Below are positions 18,185 through 26,549 of a stretch of 32,000 nt of DNA, piece after piece. The notes beneath the pieces were generated by a model. That model did not search any database, was not told the DNA's origin, and worked only from the letters and a program-made list of their open reading frames with translations. The position numbers and the translations under genes are program-made. Source of the DNA: Nitrosospira multiformis ATCC 25196 (lineage in GTDB: Bacteria; Pseudomonadota; Gammaproteobacteria; Burkholderiales; Nitrosomonadaceae); the NCBI RefSeq assembly GCF_000196355.1, contig NC_007614.1, forward strand, positions 1,950,001 through 1,982,000, in the 5' to 3' direction. The first letter of the stretch is position 1. The number at the start of each line of letters is the position of its first letter.

Positions 18185-19258
18185 CTATTCTATGTTGAGG
18201 TCTAGCTGCTTGACGTCCTTGAACTCATTCAATGCCGCGTAAATATCGCCGCGCCTGTAAGTATTCATCTCGGTTGATAAGGATTTTCCATCCAGTCTCG
18301 CCACTATGTTTGGCCCCTGTTCAACTCCCCGTCTTTTTAAAAAATGGCCAACCAGACTGGAAAGATTCTCTCTTGAGTTCGGGTATAGCGGCATGAGGCT
18401 TGAATCCAGGCCCTGTTCGGCAATCGCCTGTTTGACGGAAATGAATGCGTTCTGGTCACGCAAAGCAGACACGGCTTCTCTCAATTCTGCAATCACAACA
18501 TCCTGTTCATGCAATTTCTTATCGTGATCTCCCAGCCGCGGCGCAATAATCTGCCGGATAATCTCAAGCAATGTTTCTTGTGTGACAGGAGAACCTGGCA
18601 GGCTACTGGAGCTTATTCCCTGACTCAGTGCCCGTTCCTGAAGATCATATCCCCAATGAACCAGGCGTTCGTAGTTATCGTGAAATCTTTCAATATCCCG
18701 CTGCTCCTGTTTGGGCCTGCCTTTAAACTGGGTTTGATACCATTGTCTGTCGAAGACGCGCAACTGTTCAGCAACGATATGCCAGCGATAAACCAGCACC
18801 CCCTTGTAGATCATTTCCAGTTCGCCATCCATCACGTTCTTGTTCAGCAAGGCTGTTCTGATCAGACCTGTTTCAAACCAGACTTTCATGGCGTCCGGAA
18901 CCTGTAATGCCCTGGCCCATGATTTTGCCGAGGCATATACACGCCCGCCGCTGATCAGATAATTCAGTTGTCCACCATTGGGTGATAATTCCTTCATGGG
19001 GACGACATTGGTAAGAGTTTTCATTCCTGTACCTGTAGAGCAAACTTCCACAAAACTGGCAAGACCGGAATCCAGCCAAACCAGTAATGCCGCGCTTTGA
19101 ACGCCTCTGGATACCGGCTTCCCCCGGTATAATGTTTGTACCGGTTGCTCGCCGACCCGATAAATATGCTTTATATCCTTTTTATACCCTTTCGAGTGGC
19201 AGTCACACCAGGTATTGTACAGCTCCTTCAACTCCCGGGATTGAGTCTGCGTTTGCAT
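18185..19258 (-). CDS. Hypothetical cytoplasmic protein (357 aa), no family recognised
   Basis: This is a long ORF with a GGGGGAA RBS 6 nt upstream of ATG 19258. No TM segment or signal peptide is present. It has a CDCH-x10-H cluster near the N-terminus and a short coiled coil (LHEQDVVIAELREAVSALRDQ). The 13-bp duplication upstream argues against the longer 19360 start. Confidence 0.6.
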   Translation of the reverse strand: MQTQTQSRELKELYNTWCDCHSKGYKKDIKHIYRVGEQPVQTLYRGKPVSRGVQSAALLVWLDSGLASFVEVCSTGTGMKTLTNVVPMKELSPNGGQLNYLISGGRVYASAKSWARALQVPDAMKVWFETGLIRTALLNKNVMDGELEMIYKGVLVYRWHIVAEQLRVFDRQWYQTQFKGRPKQEQRDIERFHDNYERLVHWGYDLQERALSQGISSSSLPGSPVTQETLLEIIRQIIAPRLGDHDKKLHEQDVVIAELREAVSALRDQNAFISVKQAIAEQGLDSSLMPLYPNSRENLSSLVGHFLKRRGVEQGPNIVARLDGKSLSTEMNTYRRGDIYAALNEFKDVKQLDLNIE

Positions 19259-19277
19259 CCTGGATTCCCCCAGGGAC

Positions 19278-19303
19278 GAGGGTGCAGAATGAGGGTGCAG
19301 AAT
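19278..19303 (-). repeat. Perfect 13-bp tandem duplication in the 5' leader of the 357-aa orphan gene
   Basis: The plus strand reads GAGGGTGCAGAAT twice (19278-19290 and 19291-19303). This lies 20-45 nt upstream of ATG 19258 on the minus strand. Confidence 0.95.
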
Positions 19304-19425
19304 CTGTGTATGACAAGAAGGGAAGAGGTATATTCTTGATGGTTCTTCTGGAATCATCAACCTTTTGCAAGGCGGTAGAAAAATCGTGACTTGGACGGGA
19401 ATTCTCTGAGCTGACCCGTGGGCAG

Positions 19426-19437
19426 ATTATCGATAAT
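19426..19437. promoter_or_regulatory. Perfect 12-bp palindrome in the A+T-rich region upstream of the orphan gene
   Basis: ATTATC|GATAAT read directly. It sits inside the most A+T-rich stretch of the 19.36-19.56 kb intergenic region. Confidence 0.25.
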
Positions 19438-19767
19438 GTATTTTATCAATAATAAAGGATGTGTTAATTTTGGCGTACTTCCATGAATATTGTGTTGAGG
19501 ACCAATCCGATACGGAAAAAGCCCGCATTGCCAGATCGCTCTGCCACCATAAACCATCGTTAAAAGCAGAAATTACAACATGATGGGTATAACAGCTCTT
19601 GGTTTGTTTGCATTATCGCTGCCCGTCTTCGCATCAACCGATACGCAGGATGCGTCGTTTCAATCGGGCTAGGTCGGAGTTCTGCTCACGCTGCTCATGG
19701 TACGTTTGCGGGAGCCGCAGAAAAAAGAAATAGGCGGTTGGCTGATCTATTACTATATTCGGCTCTA

Positions 19768-20160
19768 TTATTGGGATAATGGCTTTGTTGCAATCGGCCA
19801 ATCAAATCCAAAGCAAACTCCACAAGCATGGGTGGAACAACTGTGCCAAACGTTGTCAGGGGCCGAGTAATAGCCATTGTCGCAAACTTGCACAATTCCA
19901 TAGCATGAGACATTTGTCTGGTCAGGAGTACAGGTAGGTTCTGAATTCGCGCATAAGGCTTTACTACCTGTCCGACAGCATTCACCGTCACCGCACTCGC
20001 TTCTTTGAACCTCTCGCTCATTTGACAGGCATTGTCCATCGCAAAAAGGTGGGGCGCCACGCCACGTGTCGGCTTTCGCAAGGGGTGCCGCGAGCCAGAC
20101 GGCGGCAACAATTAGGATTACCTTCATGGGAATCATAAGCCTTGGAATTGTTATTTCCAT
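19768..20160 (-). CDS. Secreted cysteine-rich hypothetical protein (131-aa precursor, 12 Cys in the ~100-aa mature part)
   Basis: The AAGGAGG RBS lies directly upstream of ATG 20160. The signal peptide MKVILIVAAVWLAAPLAKA|DTW is embedded after MEITIPRLMIP. The mature region contains FCDGQC, ECGDGECC, LCANSEPTC, SCYGIVQVC and SCSTHACGVC. Confidence 0.6.
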   Translation of the reverse strand: MEITIPRLMIPMKVILIVAAVWLAAPLAKADTWRGAPPFCDGQCLSNEREVQRSECGDGECCRTGSKALCANSEPTCTPDQTNVSCYGIVQVCDNGYYSAPDNVWHSCSTHACGVCFGFDWPIATKPLSQ

Positions 20161-20169
20161 AAAACCTCC

Positions 20170-20634
20170 TTTTATCTTCTTGAACATTCGCATGAACTCA
20201 AAACCTTTGATGGTGGCGTAGGCTGTTTTTTTCCATTTAAGGCCCCGCACCAGGTTTATCAAGCGTTAGAGCTTGCCATGATCAGCTTCGACAATATTGT
20301 TCAAGTATTTGACGTGCCGATGCATGATATCCGGCGGACACTTTCCTTCCGCTTTTAATTCGGCAAGGGCGGACCTGTAAGCAGGCGCCTCGCCGGTATT
20401 GATAGTACCGGGGTGCGCCCAGGGTTTCATGGATTTCAAGGCTTTGCCCAGAAAACGTTTGGCAGCCTTAATATTGCGCGTTGAAGGGAGATAGAAATCA
20501 ATCGTATGACCTTTCTATCAAGTGCCCGGTATAAATGCGTCCCCTTCCCTTCGACCTTCACGTAAGTTTCATCTACGGATCTGTCCTGAAAAATACAATG
20601 GGGCGCCTCTCTTCTTATTTTTTGCAACAGAGCC
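20170..20634 (-). mobile_element. Decayed IS6-family (IS26-like) insertion sequence remnant with a transposase pseudogene
   Basis: The minus-strand translation reads VDETYVKVEGKGTHLYRALDRK, then a frameshift, then GHTIDFYLPSTRNIKAAKRFLGKAL...NTGEAPAYRSALAELKAEGKCPPDIMHRHVKYLNNIVEADHGKL*RLI..KTAYATIKGFEFMRMFKK. This parallels the IS26 Tnp blocks DETYVKV, YLYRAVD, DFYLS, DHGKLKR and KTAYATIKG. A terminal-IR-like GGCTCTGTTGCAAA at 20621-20634 compares with the IS26 IR GGCACTGTTGCAAA. Confidence 0.75.
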
Positions 20635-20665
20635 TTTTTTTGAACCGCTCCTTCCTCTCATCCTG

Positions 20666-22102
20666 CTACTGCCAACCGCCACCAAGTGATCTATAAAGAT
20701 CCACCATTGCGTCAAATTGCTTTTGTTGCGTTTCAATTAGATCTTGTTTGGCCTCCAGGGTATCCCTTTGTGTCAACAGCACATCCAGGTAGTCCGTACG
20801 AGCAGATTTGAATAGCTGGCTAGCGACATCAATTGATTGGACAAGCGCTTCCACCTGGCTTGTCTTGAGTTGATAGTTTTTTTTGAGCTTATCGATGTTT
20901 GAAATTTGATTCGCCACTTCCACATAAGCATTGATAATACTTTGCTCATACTCATAAGCTGCCTGAATTTGCCTGGCACTGGCGTTTTTATATTCGGCTC
21001 TGATAGCGTACCTATTGATCACTGGAGCTACTAGCTCTCCGGCAACAGCGGCCGCCAATGATTGTGGGGTATTGAACAGGTACTTAACCGCGAAAGCTTC
21101 AAACCCTACCCCCGCGTTTATGTTAAAGGTGGGAAAGAAATTTGCCCTGGCCACCTTTATGTTTAATTCCGCTGCCGATAGCTCAAGCTCCGCTTGCCTA
21201 ATATCAGGCCTGTTTTGTAGCAATTGCGACGGAATACCTGTCATGAGTACTTTGGGGTTTTGCTCCATAAAACCACTGGAAGCACGCTGGATAGGCTGCG
21301 GCGTTCTCCCTAACAGGAAGTTGATCCGGTTTTCAACAACCGTAATATCCTGTTTAATTTTGTATATGTTGCTTTTGTTTTTTGCCACTTCTGCTTCATA
21401 ACGTTTGACCGCAAGTGCAGTTGTTCTTGCATACAGCAGAAGTTGTTTAACCATCTCCAACGCATTTTCCTGAATCCTGATATTTTGCTCTAAAATCTCA
21501 AGGTGGTTGTCCAGGGCAAGCAATTCATAGTACGAATGAGCAACGTCAGCGACCAGGTTGGTCACTAAAAAATTTTGACCTTCTTTAGATGCCATGTACT
21601 CCAGCACAGCCACTTGTCTCGCATTCCTCAATCTTTTCCATATATCTACTTCCCAAGTTGAAAATAGCTCAAATCGAAAATCGCCAAGAAACGTAGGAAA
21701 GTGTTTGCCGGCTAATGGCAGTTCCTCTTCGATAGCGCCGAAGCGCGTAAACTCGCCGACTTTGTCTCCGCCTGCGCCAGCACGAATACCTACCAATGGC
21801 ATCAAATATTGGCCTCTACGCGCCTGGATTTCATTTTGTGCAATGGTGATGCGCTGCAGCATGATATTAATTTCTTTATTATTAGCAACAGCGATGTCTA
21901 GCAAATCTGATAAGGCAGGGTCATCGAAAAAATCCTTCCGCATGACAGTCGCCGTACTGGTCGTTTCAAAAACGTCCGGTTCAAAAGTAGCAGGAAGAGG
22001 CACATCTGCTTTTTTGATTGCTACTTTAGGAATACAACCCTGCAACAGCAGCCCCAGCACGACTAAGGCCATAAGCCGAAATGTTTTATTTTTCATTGTC
22101 AT
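20666..22102 (-). CDS. RND efflux outer-membrane factor lipoprotein (NodT/OprM family)
   Basis: The lipobox is LLQGC. The 478-aa length is typical, the protein ends in the typical LYRSLGGGW, and its start overlaps the 3' end of the RND pump gene. Confidence 0.9.
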   Translation of the reverse strand: MTMKNKTFRLMALVVLGLLLQGCIPKVAIKKADVPLPATFEPDVFETTSTATVMRKDFFDDPALSDLLDIAVANNKEINIMLQRITIAQNEIQARRGQYLMPLVGIRAGAGGDKVGEFTRFGAIEEELPLAGKHFPTFLGDFRFELFSTWEVDIWKRLRNARQVAVLEYMASKEGQNFLVTNLVADVAHSYYELLALDNHLEILEQNIRIQENALEMVKQLLLYARTTALAVKRYEAEVAKNKSNIYKIKQDITVVENRINFLLGRTPQPIQRASSGFMEQNPKVLMTGIPSQLLQNRPDIRQAELELSAAELNIKVARANFFPTFNINAGVGFEAFAVKYLFNTPQSLAAAVAGELVAPVINRYAIRAEYKNASARQIQAAYEYEQSIINAYVEVANQISNIDKLKKNYQLKTSQVEALVQSIDVASQLFKSARTDYLDVLLTQRDTLEAKQDLIETQQKQFDAMVDLYRSLGGGWQ

Positions 22103-25100
22103 CCGGGCCGTAGTGATAAGTTTCGGCTAGAGGATCAAGGTCTTCACCTTGAATTAATTTTTTACCCTCTGCCATTTTCGCAAAAATATAATAAAGTCCT
22201 GGAATAACGATAACGCCAAACACGGTACCGGTAAGCATCCCACCCAGTGCTGAGGTACCAATCGTCCTGTTGCCAACCGCTCCAGCTCCCGTAGCCATCG
22301 CCAAGGGTATCAGCCCGGCTATAAAGGCAAATGAAGTCATCAAAATCGGCCGGAAACGCTCTTTTGCGCCCGCAATCGCCGCTTCTTTGACCGTCATTCC
22401 TCCTTCGACTTGCCTCTGGCTTGCAAACTCGACAATCAGTACCGCGTTTTTGCCGAGCAAGCCAATCAACATCACCATTCCCAGTTGGGAATAGACATCA
22501 TTGGCAAGCCCTGTTCCTTTTAACAATAAAAAGGCACCGAAAATACCGGGAGGTAGCGAACATAACACGACCAAGGGTAAAGCAAAGCTTTCGTATTGTG
22601 CGGCCAGCACCAGATAGACAAACAGGATAACGACGGCGAAGATCAGCAGTGCTTCATTGCCCCGAAGGGCTTCGTCGAATGTCAAGCCTTCCCAGGCAAC
22701 TTCAAAACCTCGCGGCAAAGTGGCTTCCGCAACCTCTTCGATTGCCTTGATAGCTGCGCCAGTGGTATAACCCGGTGCGGGCTCGGCCCGAATCGCCGCC
22801 GTGTTATAGAGGTTATAACGCGTCAGCTCGTTGGGCCCCTGCTTTTTCACCATGGTCATGAAGGCAGAGTACGGCACCATTTCGCCTTTATCATTTTTCA
22901 CAAAATATTTCAACACATCTTCAGGGGCTCGCCTGAATTCCGGCGCGGCCTGGGTGTAGACCTTAAAAAAGTTATTGAAGCGAATAAAGCCCTGTTCATA
23001 AGTACTGCCGATCATGATGTCTAGGTGATTCATCGCGTCTTCGATGGTAACCCCTTTTTGCATGGCCAGCCTATTGTCGACGACCAGTTCGTATTGCGGA
23101 TAATTGGCCGCATAAAAAGTGAACAAGCCGGTCAATTCCTTACGTTCACGCATCGCATTCATGAATTTTTTATTAAGTTCATCGAATTCGAAGTAATCCG
23201 TGTCTAACGTCTTGTCCACCAAGCGAAACGCCAAACCCGATGCCGCACCGTATCCCGGCACTGCCGGCGGTTGAAAAAACTCGATGGTCGCACCCAGGTT
23301 ATGGGCTTTTTCCTCCAACTCGTGGATAACTTGATTTACCGAATGTTTACGTTCCGACCAATCTTTCAGGTTGACCACAACAGTCCCTGCATTTGATCCA
23401 CGGCCTTCGGTAAGTACTTCGTAGCCGGCTAAGGAAGAAATTGATTGTACGCCTTCGATTTCTGCGGCCATTATTTCCAGTTCACGTGCCACTTTGTTGG
23501 TCACTTCGATGGTTGACCCGGGCGGTGTTTGGATAATCGCATAAATCATGCCCTGATCTTCGCCGGGAATAAAACCGGAAGGCAAGACTTTATCGACCGC
23601 GAAAATGCCGAAGCTAAACCCGACCAATACCAAAAGCGTGACAATGCGCCGGGTGACCGTGACATTCAGGAATTTGATGTAGCGGCCGGTGACCTTTTCG
23701 AAAACAGAGTTAAAGGCATCGATGAAAAGGTTTATCGGGTTTCTCCGTTTCGGCTGGCCGTGAGTGTTTTTAAGAATCATGGCACACAGTACCGGGGTGA
23801 GCGATAAAGCCACAATTGCTGAAATAGTGATCGACGACGCCATAGTGATAGCGAACTGTCGATAAAATACCCCGACCGGTCCTGGCATAAACGCAAGAGG
23901 GACGAACACTGATACCATGACCAGCGTAATCGCTATAATGGCGCCACCGATTTCCTGCAACACTTTTCGGGAGGCTTCATAAGGGGTGCAATGCTCGGCT
24001 GCCATTTTTGCATGCACTGCCTCCACTACCACAATGGCATCATCGACCACAATACCAATAGCCAACACTAAGGCAAACAAGGTGATGAGGTTGATGGAAA
24101 GCCCGAACGCAGACATGACGGCAAATGCTCCGACCAGCGAAACCGGTACCGCGAGGACGGGAATCAGGGTAGAACGCCAGTCTCCAAGGAAAATGAAAAC
24201 CACCAAGGAGACCAGAATGAAGGCTTCCACCAATGTGTGCAGCACTTGGTCGATAGACGCCTCAACGAAACGCGACACATCGTAATTGATTTCGTAGTCC
24301 ATGCCCTCCGGGAAAGATTTTTTCAATTCTTCCAGTTTTTTCTTCACGTTCTCTATGACTACTTGGGCATTACTGCCGTAGTTTTGCTTCAGCACGATGG
24401 ACGCGGAAGGGAATCCGTCCTTATCGGAGAAAATATTATAAAACTCGCTGTCCAGAGTGACCTTGGCAACGTCTTTAATGCGCAGAATCTCGCCTGTTGG
24501 AGCAGCCCGGAGAATAATGTCCCCATATTCTTCCGGCTTGTTAAAGCGTCCTTTATAAACCAGCACGTACTCTTTGGACTGGGCGAGCATGCCTGTGCTT
24601 TGCCCCAACCGACCAGGTCGTCCGATAATGCTTTGAGTCGCCAGTGCCTTCATCACCTCTTCTGACGAGACGGCATAGGCTCTCATCCGTTCCGGATTCA
24701 TCCAAATCCGCATCGCATATTGGCGGGAACCCAATATGGTTGCTTGGGCAATTCCAGTAATGCGTTGAATCTCCGGAATAACATTGACATAGGCATAATT
24801 AAACAAAAGCTTCTGATCGGCGTCTTTGTCTTTGCTGTAGAGGTTGACGTACATGAGCATGCTGGGCTGGACGAAGTTTACAATCACGCCTTCCAACTGC
24901 ACCAGTATGGGTAGCCTGCTCATCATCTGATCCACGCGTGTCTTCACGTTAACCATCGCGATATTCGGATCGACGCCTAAATTGAAATATACTTGAATGG
25001 TCGCTTCTCCGGCGCTGGTTGCATCCGAAGTGATGTATCTCATACCAGGCACGCCATTGATAGCGCGTTCTAAGAGGATCAGGGACGATTCCACCAGTAC

Positions 25101-25265
25101 TTGGGCGCTGGCACCGGGAAACGATACTGAAACCGTGACCCGGGGCGGTGCAATATCTGGAAACTGGGAAACGGGCAATGATTTCATTGCCAACAAGCCC
25201 ATGAATATGAACAACAGCGATAACACGATCGCCAGCACAGGTCTTTTGAGAAAAATACCAAACAT
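22086..25265 (-). CDS. RND efflux permease (AcrB/HAE1-type, 1059 aa)
   Basis: The N-terminus is FLKRPVLAIVLSLLFIFMGLLAMKSLPVSQFPDIAPP. It has 12-TM RND architecture with two large loops, and the conserved block GIVVDDAIVVVE. Confidence 0.95.
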   Translation of the reverse strand: MFGIFLKRPVLAIVLSLLFIFMGLLAMKSLPVSQFPDIAPPRVTVSVSFPGASAQVLVESSLILLERAINGVPGMRYITSDATSAGEATIQVYFNLGVDPNIAMVNVKTRVDQMMSRLPILVQLEGVIVNFVQPSMLMYVNLYSKDKDADQKLLFNYAYVNVIPEIQRITGIAQATILGSRQYAMRIWMNPERMRAYAVSSEEVMKALATQSIIGRPGRLGQSTGMLAQSKEYVLVYKGRFNKPEEYGDIILRAAPTGEILRIKDVAKVTLDSEFYNIFSDKDGFPSASIVLKQNYGSNAQVVIENVKKKLEELKKSFPEGMDYEINYDVSRFVEASIDQVLHTLVEAFILVSLVVFIFLGDWRSTLIPVLAVPVSLVGAFAVMSAFGLSINLITLFALVLAIGIVVDDAIVVVEAVHAKMAAEHCTPYEASRKVLQEIGGAIIAITLVMVSVFVPLAFMPGPVGVFYRQFAITMASSITISAIVALSLTPVLCAMILKNTHGQPKRRNPINLFIDAFNSVFEKVTGRYIKFLNVTVTRRIVTLLVLVGFSFGIFAVDKVLPSGFIPGEDQGMIYAIIQTPPGSTIEVTNKVARELEIMAAEIEGVQSISSLAGYEVLTEGRGSNAGTVVVNLKDWSERKHSVNQVIHELEEKAHNLGATIEFFQPPAVPGYGAASGLAFRLVDKTLDTDYFEFDELNKKFMNAMRERKELTGLFTFYAANYPQYELVVDNRLAMQKGVTIEDAMNHLDIMIGSTYEQGFIRFNNFFKVYTQAAPEFRRAPEDVLKYFVKNDKGEMVPYSAFMTMVKKQGPNELTRYNLYNTAAIRAEPAPGYTTGAAIKAIEEVAEATLPRGFEVAWEGLTFDEALRGNEALLIFAVVILFVYLVLAAQYESFALPLVVLCSLPPGIFGAFLLLKGTGLANDVYSQLGMVMLIGLLGKNAVLIVEFASQRQVEGGMTVKEAAIAGAKERFRPILMTSFAFIAGLIPLAMATGAGAVGNRTIGTSALGGMLTGTVFGVIVIPGLYYIFAKMAEGKKLIQGEDLDPLAETYHYGPDDNEK

Positions 25266-25286
25266 GGCTTAATCCTGACTAAAAGG

Positions 25287-26378
25287 TTACTCGGTATACA
25301 ATTTCATCAACTCTGAGCGAACCTCTTGGGGTGGCTTTAAATCGATCATAACCTTGTCTCCAGGACTAACTTTGCGCATACCCTCGATCAAAATCCTCTC
25401 GCCGTCATTCACGCCGCTTTTAACAATAAACATGTGGGGCAACTCGGCCTCTATCTGGATAAGCCTTTGCTCCACTTTTTCTTCTTTGTTGACGACGTAG
25501 AGATAGATTTTATCCATGATTTCGAACGTCGCTTTTTGAGGGATGAGCATGGCGTTTGGGTAAGGTACGGTCATCAGAATTGTTCCTGTCTGACCATGCC
25601 TGAGAACCCTGTCCGGGTTCTCGAACAAGGCACGAAACTGAATGTTGCCGGAGGTATTATAAAAATCACCTACAATTGTCTCGATGACCCCCGTATGCTC
25701 GTAAATCTCGCCATTTGCCATCCTTAACTGCACTTTTTCATTGGTTTTGCCTTTTTCGCGCCTTATAAAATCCAGATATTTAGCTTCCGGGACGTTGAAA
25801 TAGACCCACAAGTGGGCGATATCAGACAACTCCGTCAACAAATCATCTTCATCCAGAAGGCTGCCGATCCTAACAGCCAAATGATCCGTAATCCCATCAA
25901 AGGGTGCTCTGATATCGGTGAACCCCAAGTGGGTTTTCGCCAAGTTCACCTGCGCGTTAGCCTTATCTAATTTTGCTTTTGCCAAAGCCAATTCATTGGC
26001 TGATACGATATTCTTATCAGCCAAGGCCTTGGTATTGAGGTATTCGATGTTCACATTTTGCGCTTCAGCTTCCGCAGTTAGAAGTTCTGCCTGATAGACG
26101 TTGGGCATGATTTTGAACATGGGTTGTCCCTTTTTTACCCATTGCCCTTCGTCTATAAAAATATGGGTTAAATAGCCCTTTTCCAAAGAGCGGACTTCAA
26201 TATGTCTGATGGCGCGAATCTGACAGACATAGGGTTCCAGGATGGAAGTGTCTTCACGGAACGGTGTGGTTGCCGCATAGTGCGGCATTTCTTCATGTGT
26301 GTCGTGTTTTTGGCATCCACTCAATACCAGAGTGGCGATTAAGCCTAGAACGATGGATAATTTAGTGACCATTTTCAT
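25287..26378 (-). CDS. RND efflux periplasmic adaptor (membrane fusion protein)
   Basis: The lipobox is VLSGC. It has lipoyl and hairpin-type repeats (ELLTAEAEAQ..., LAKAKLDKANAQVNLAKTHLGFT). It sits immediately upstream of the pump gene. Confidence 0.9.
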   Translation of the reverse strand: MKMVTKLSIVLGLIATLVLSGCQKHDTHEEMPHYAATTPFREDTSILEPYVCQIRAIRHIEVRSLEKGYLTHIFIDEGQWVKKGQPMFKIMPNVYQAELLTAEAEAQNVNIEYLNTKALADKNIVSANELALAKAKLDKANAQVNLAKTHLGFTDIRAPFDGITDHLAVRIGSLLDEDDLLTELSDIAHLWVYFNVPEAKYLDFIRREKGKTNEKVQLRMANGEIYEHTGVIETIVGDFYNTSGNIQFRALFENPDRVLRHGQTGTILMTVPYPNAMLIPQKATFEIMDKIYLYVVNKEEKVEQRLIQIEAELPHMFIVKSGVNDGERILIEGMRKVSPGDKVMIDLKPPQEVRSELMKLYTE

Positions 26379-26509
26379 GCCGTCTTGATAGTGGGAAAGA
26401 CGTCCGTTGGGGTATGCCGTATCGCCCTGATTCCAAACAGGACGATCAGAATGGAAAGAACCACGAAGGTGTAAGGTTTCCGCAGCGCCATAATTACGAT
26501 CTGGTTCAT
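26375..26509 (-). pseudogene. 44-codon N-terminal stub of a second, different RND permease gene, fused to the adaptor gene start
   Basis: The minus-strand translation is MNQIVIMALRKPYTFVVLSILIVLFGIRAIRHTPTDVFPTIKTA*. This matches the canonical RND pump N-terminus (ALRKPYTFVVL...TPTDIFP.I). Its TGA overlaps the adaptor ATG (GCATGA at 26375-26380). Confidence 0.6.
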
Positions 26510-26549
26510 ACTATGTTCTCTCTTATGCCTTCGGTAAAAATTCATTTAC

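Noticed and set aside
19259-19360. Longer form of the 357-aa orphan ORF, starting at 19360
   Set aside because: The extension contains the 13-bp (non-multiple-of-3) tandem duplication and the GGGGGAA RBS that serves ATG 19258. The sequence MMIPEEPSRIYLFPSCHTQILHPHSAPSS looks non-coding.
19580-19869. Plus-strand signal-peptide-like mini-ORF (MMGITALGLFALSLPVFASTDTQDASFQSG*) followed in frame by VGVLL...KEIGGWLIYYYIRLYYW
   Set aside because: It is interrupted by an in-frame TAG and has no RBS. Its 3' part overlaps the better-supported Cys-rich gene on the opposite strand. It may be a decayed membrane-protein remnant, but I cannot support that.
19695-20111. 138-aa minus-strand ORF overlapping the Cys-rich gene in another frame
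   Set aside because: It has no RBS or signal features. The competing frame has a strong AAGGAGG RBS and a classical signal peptide.
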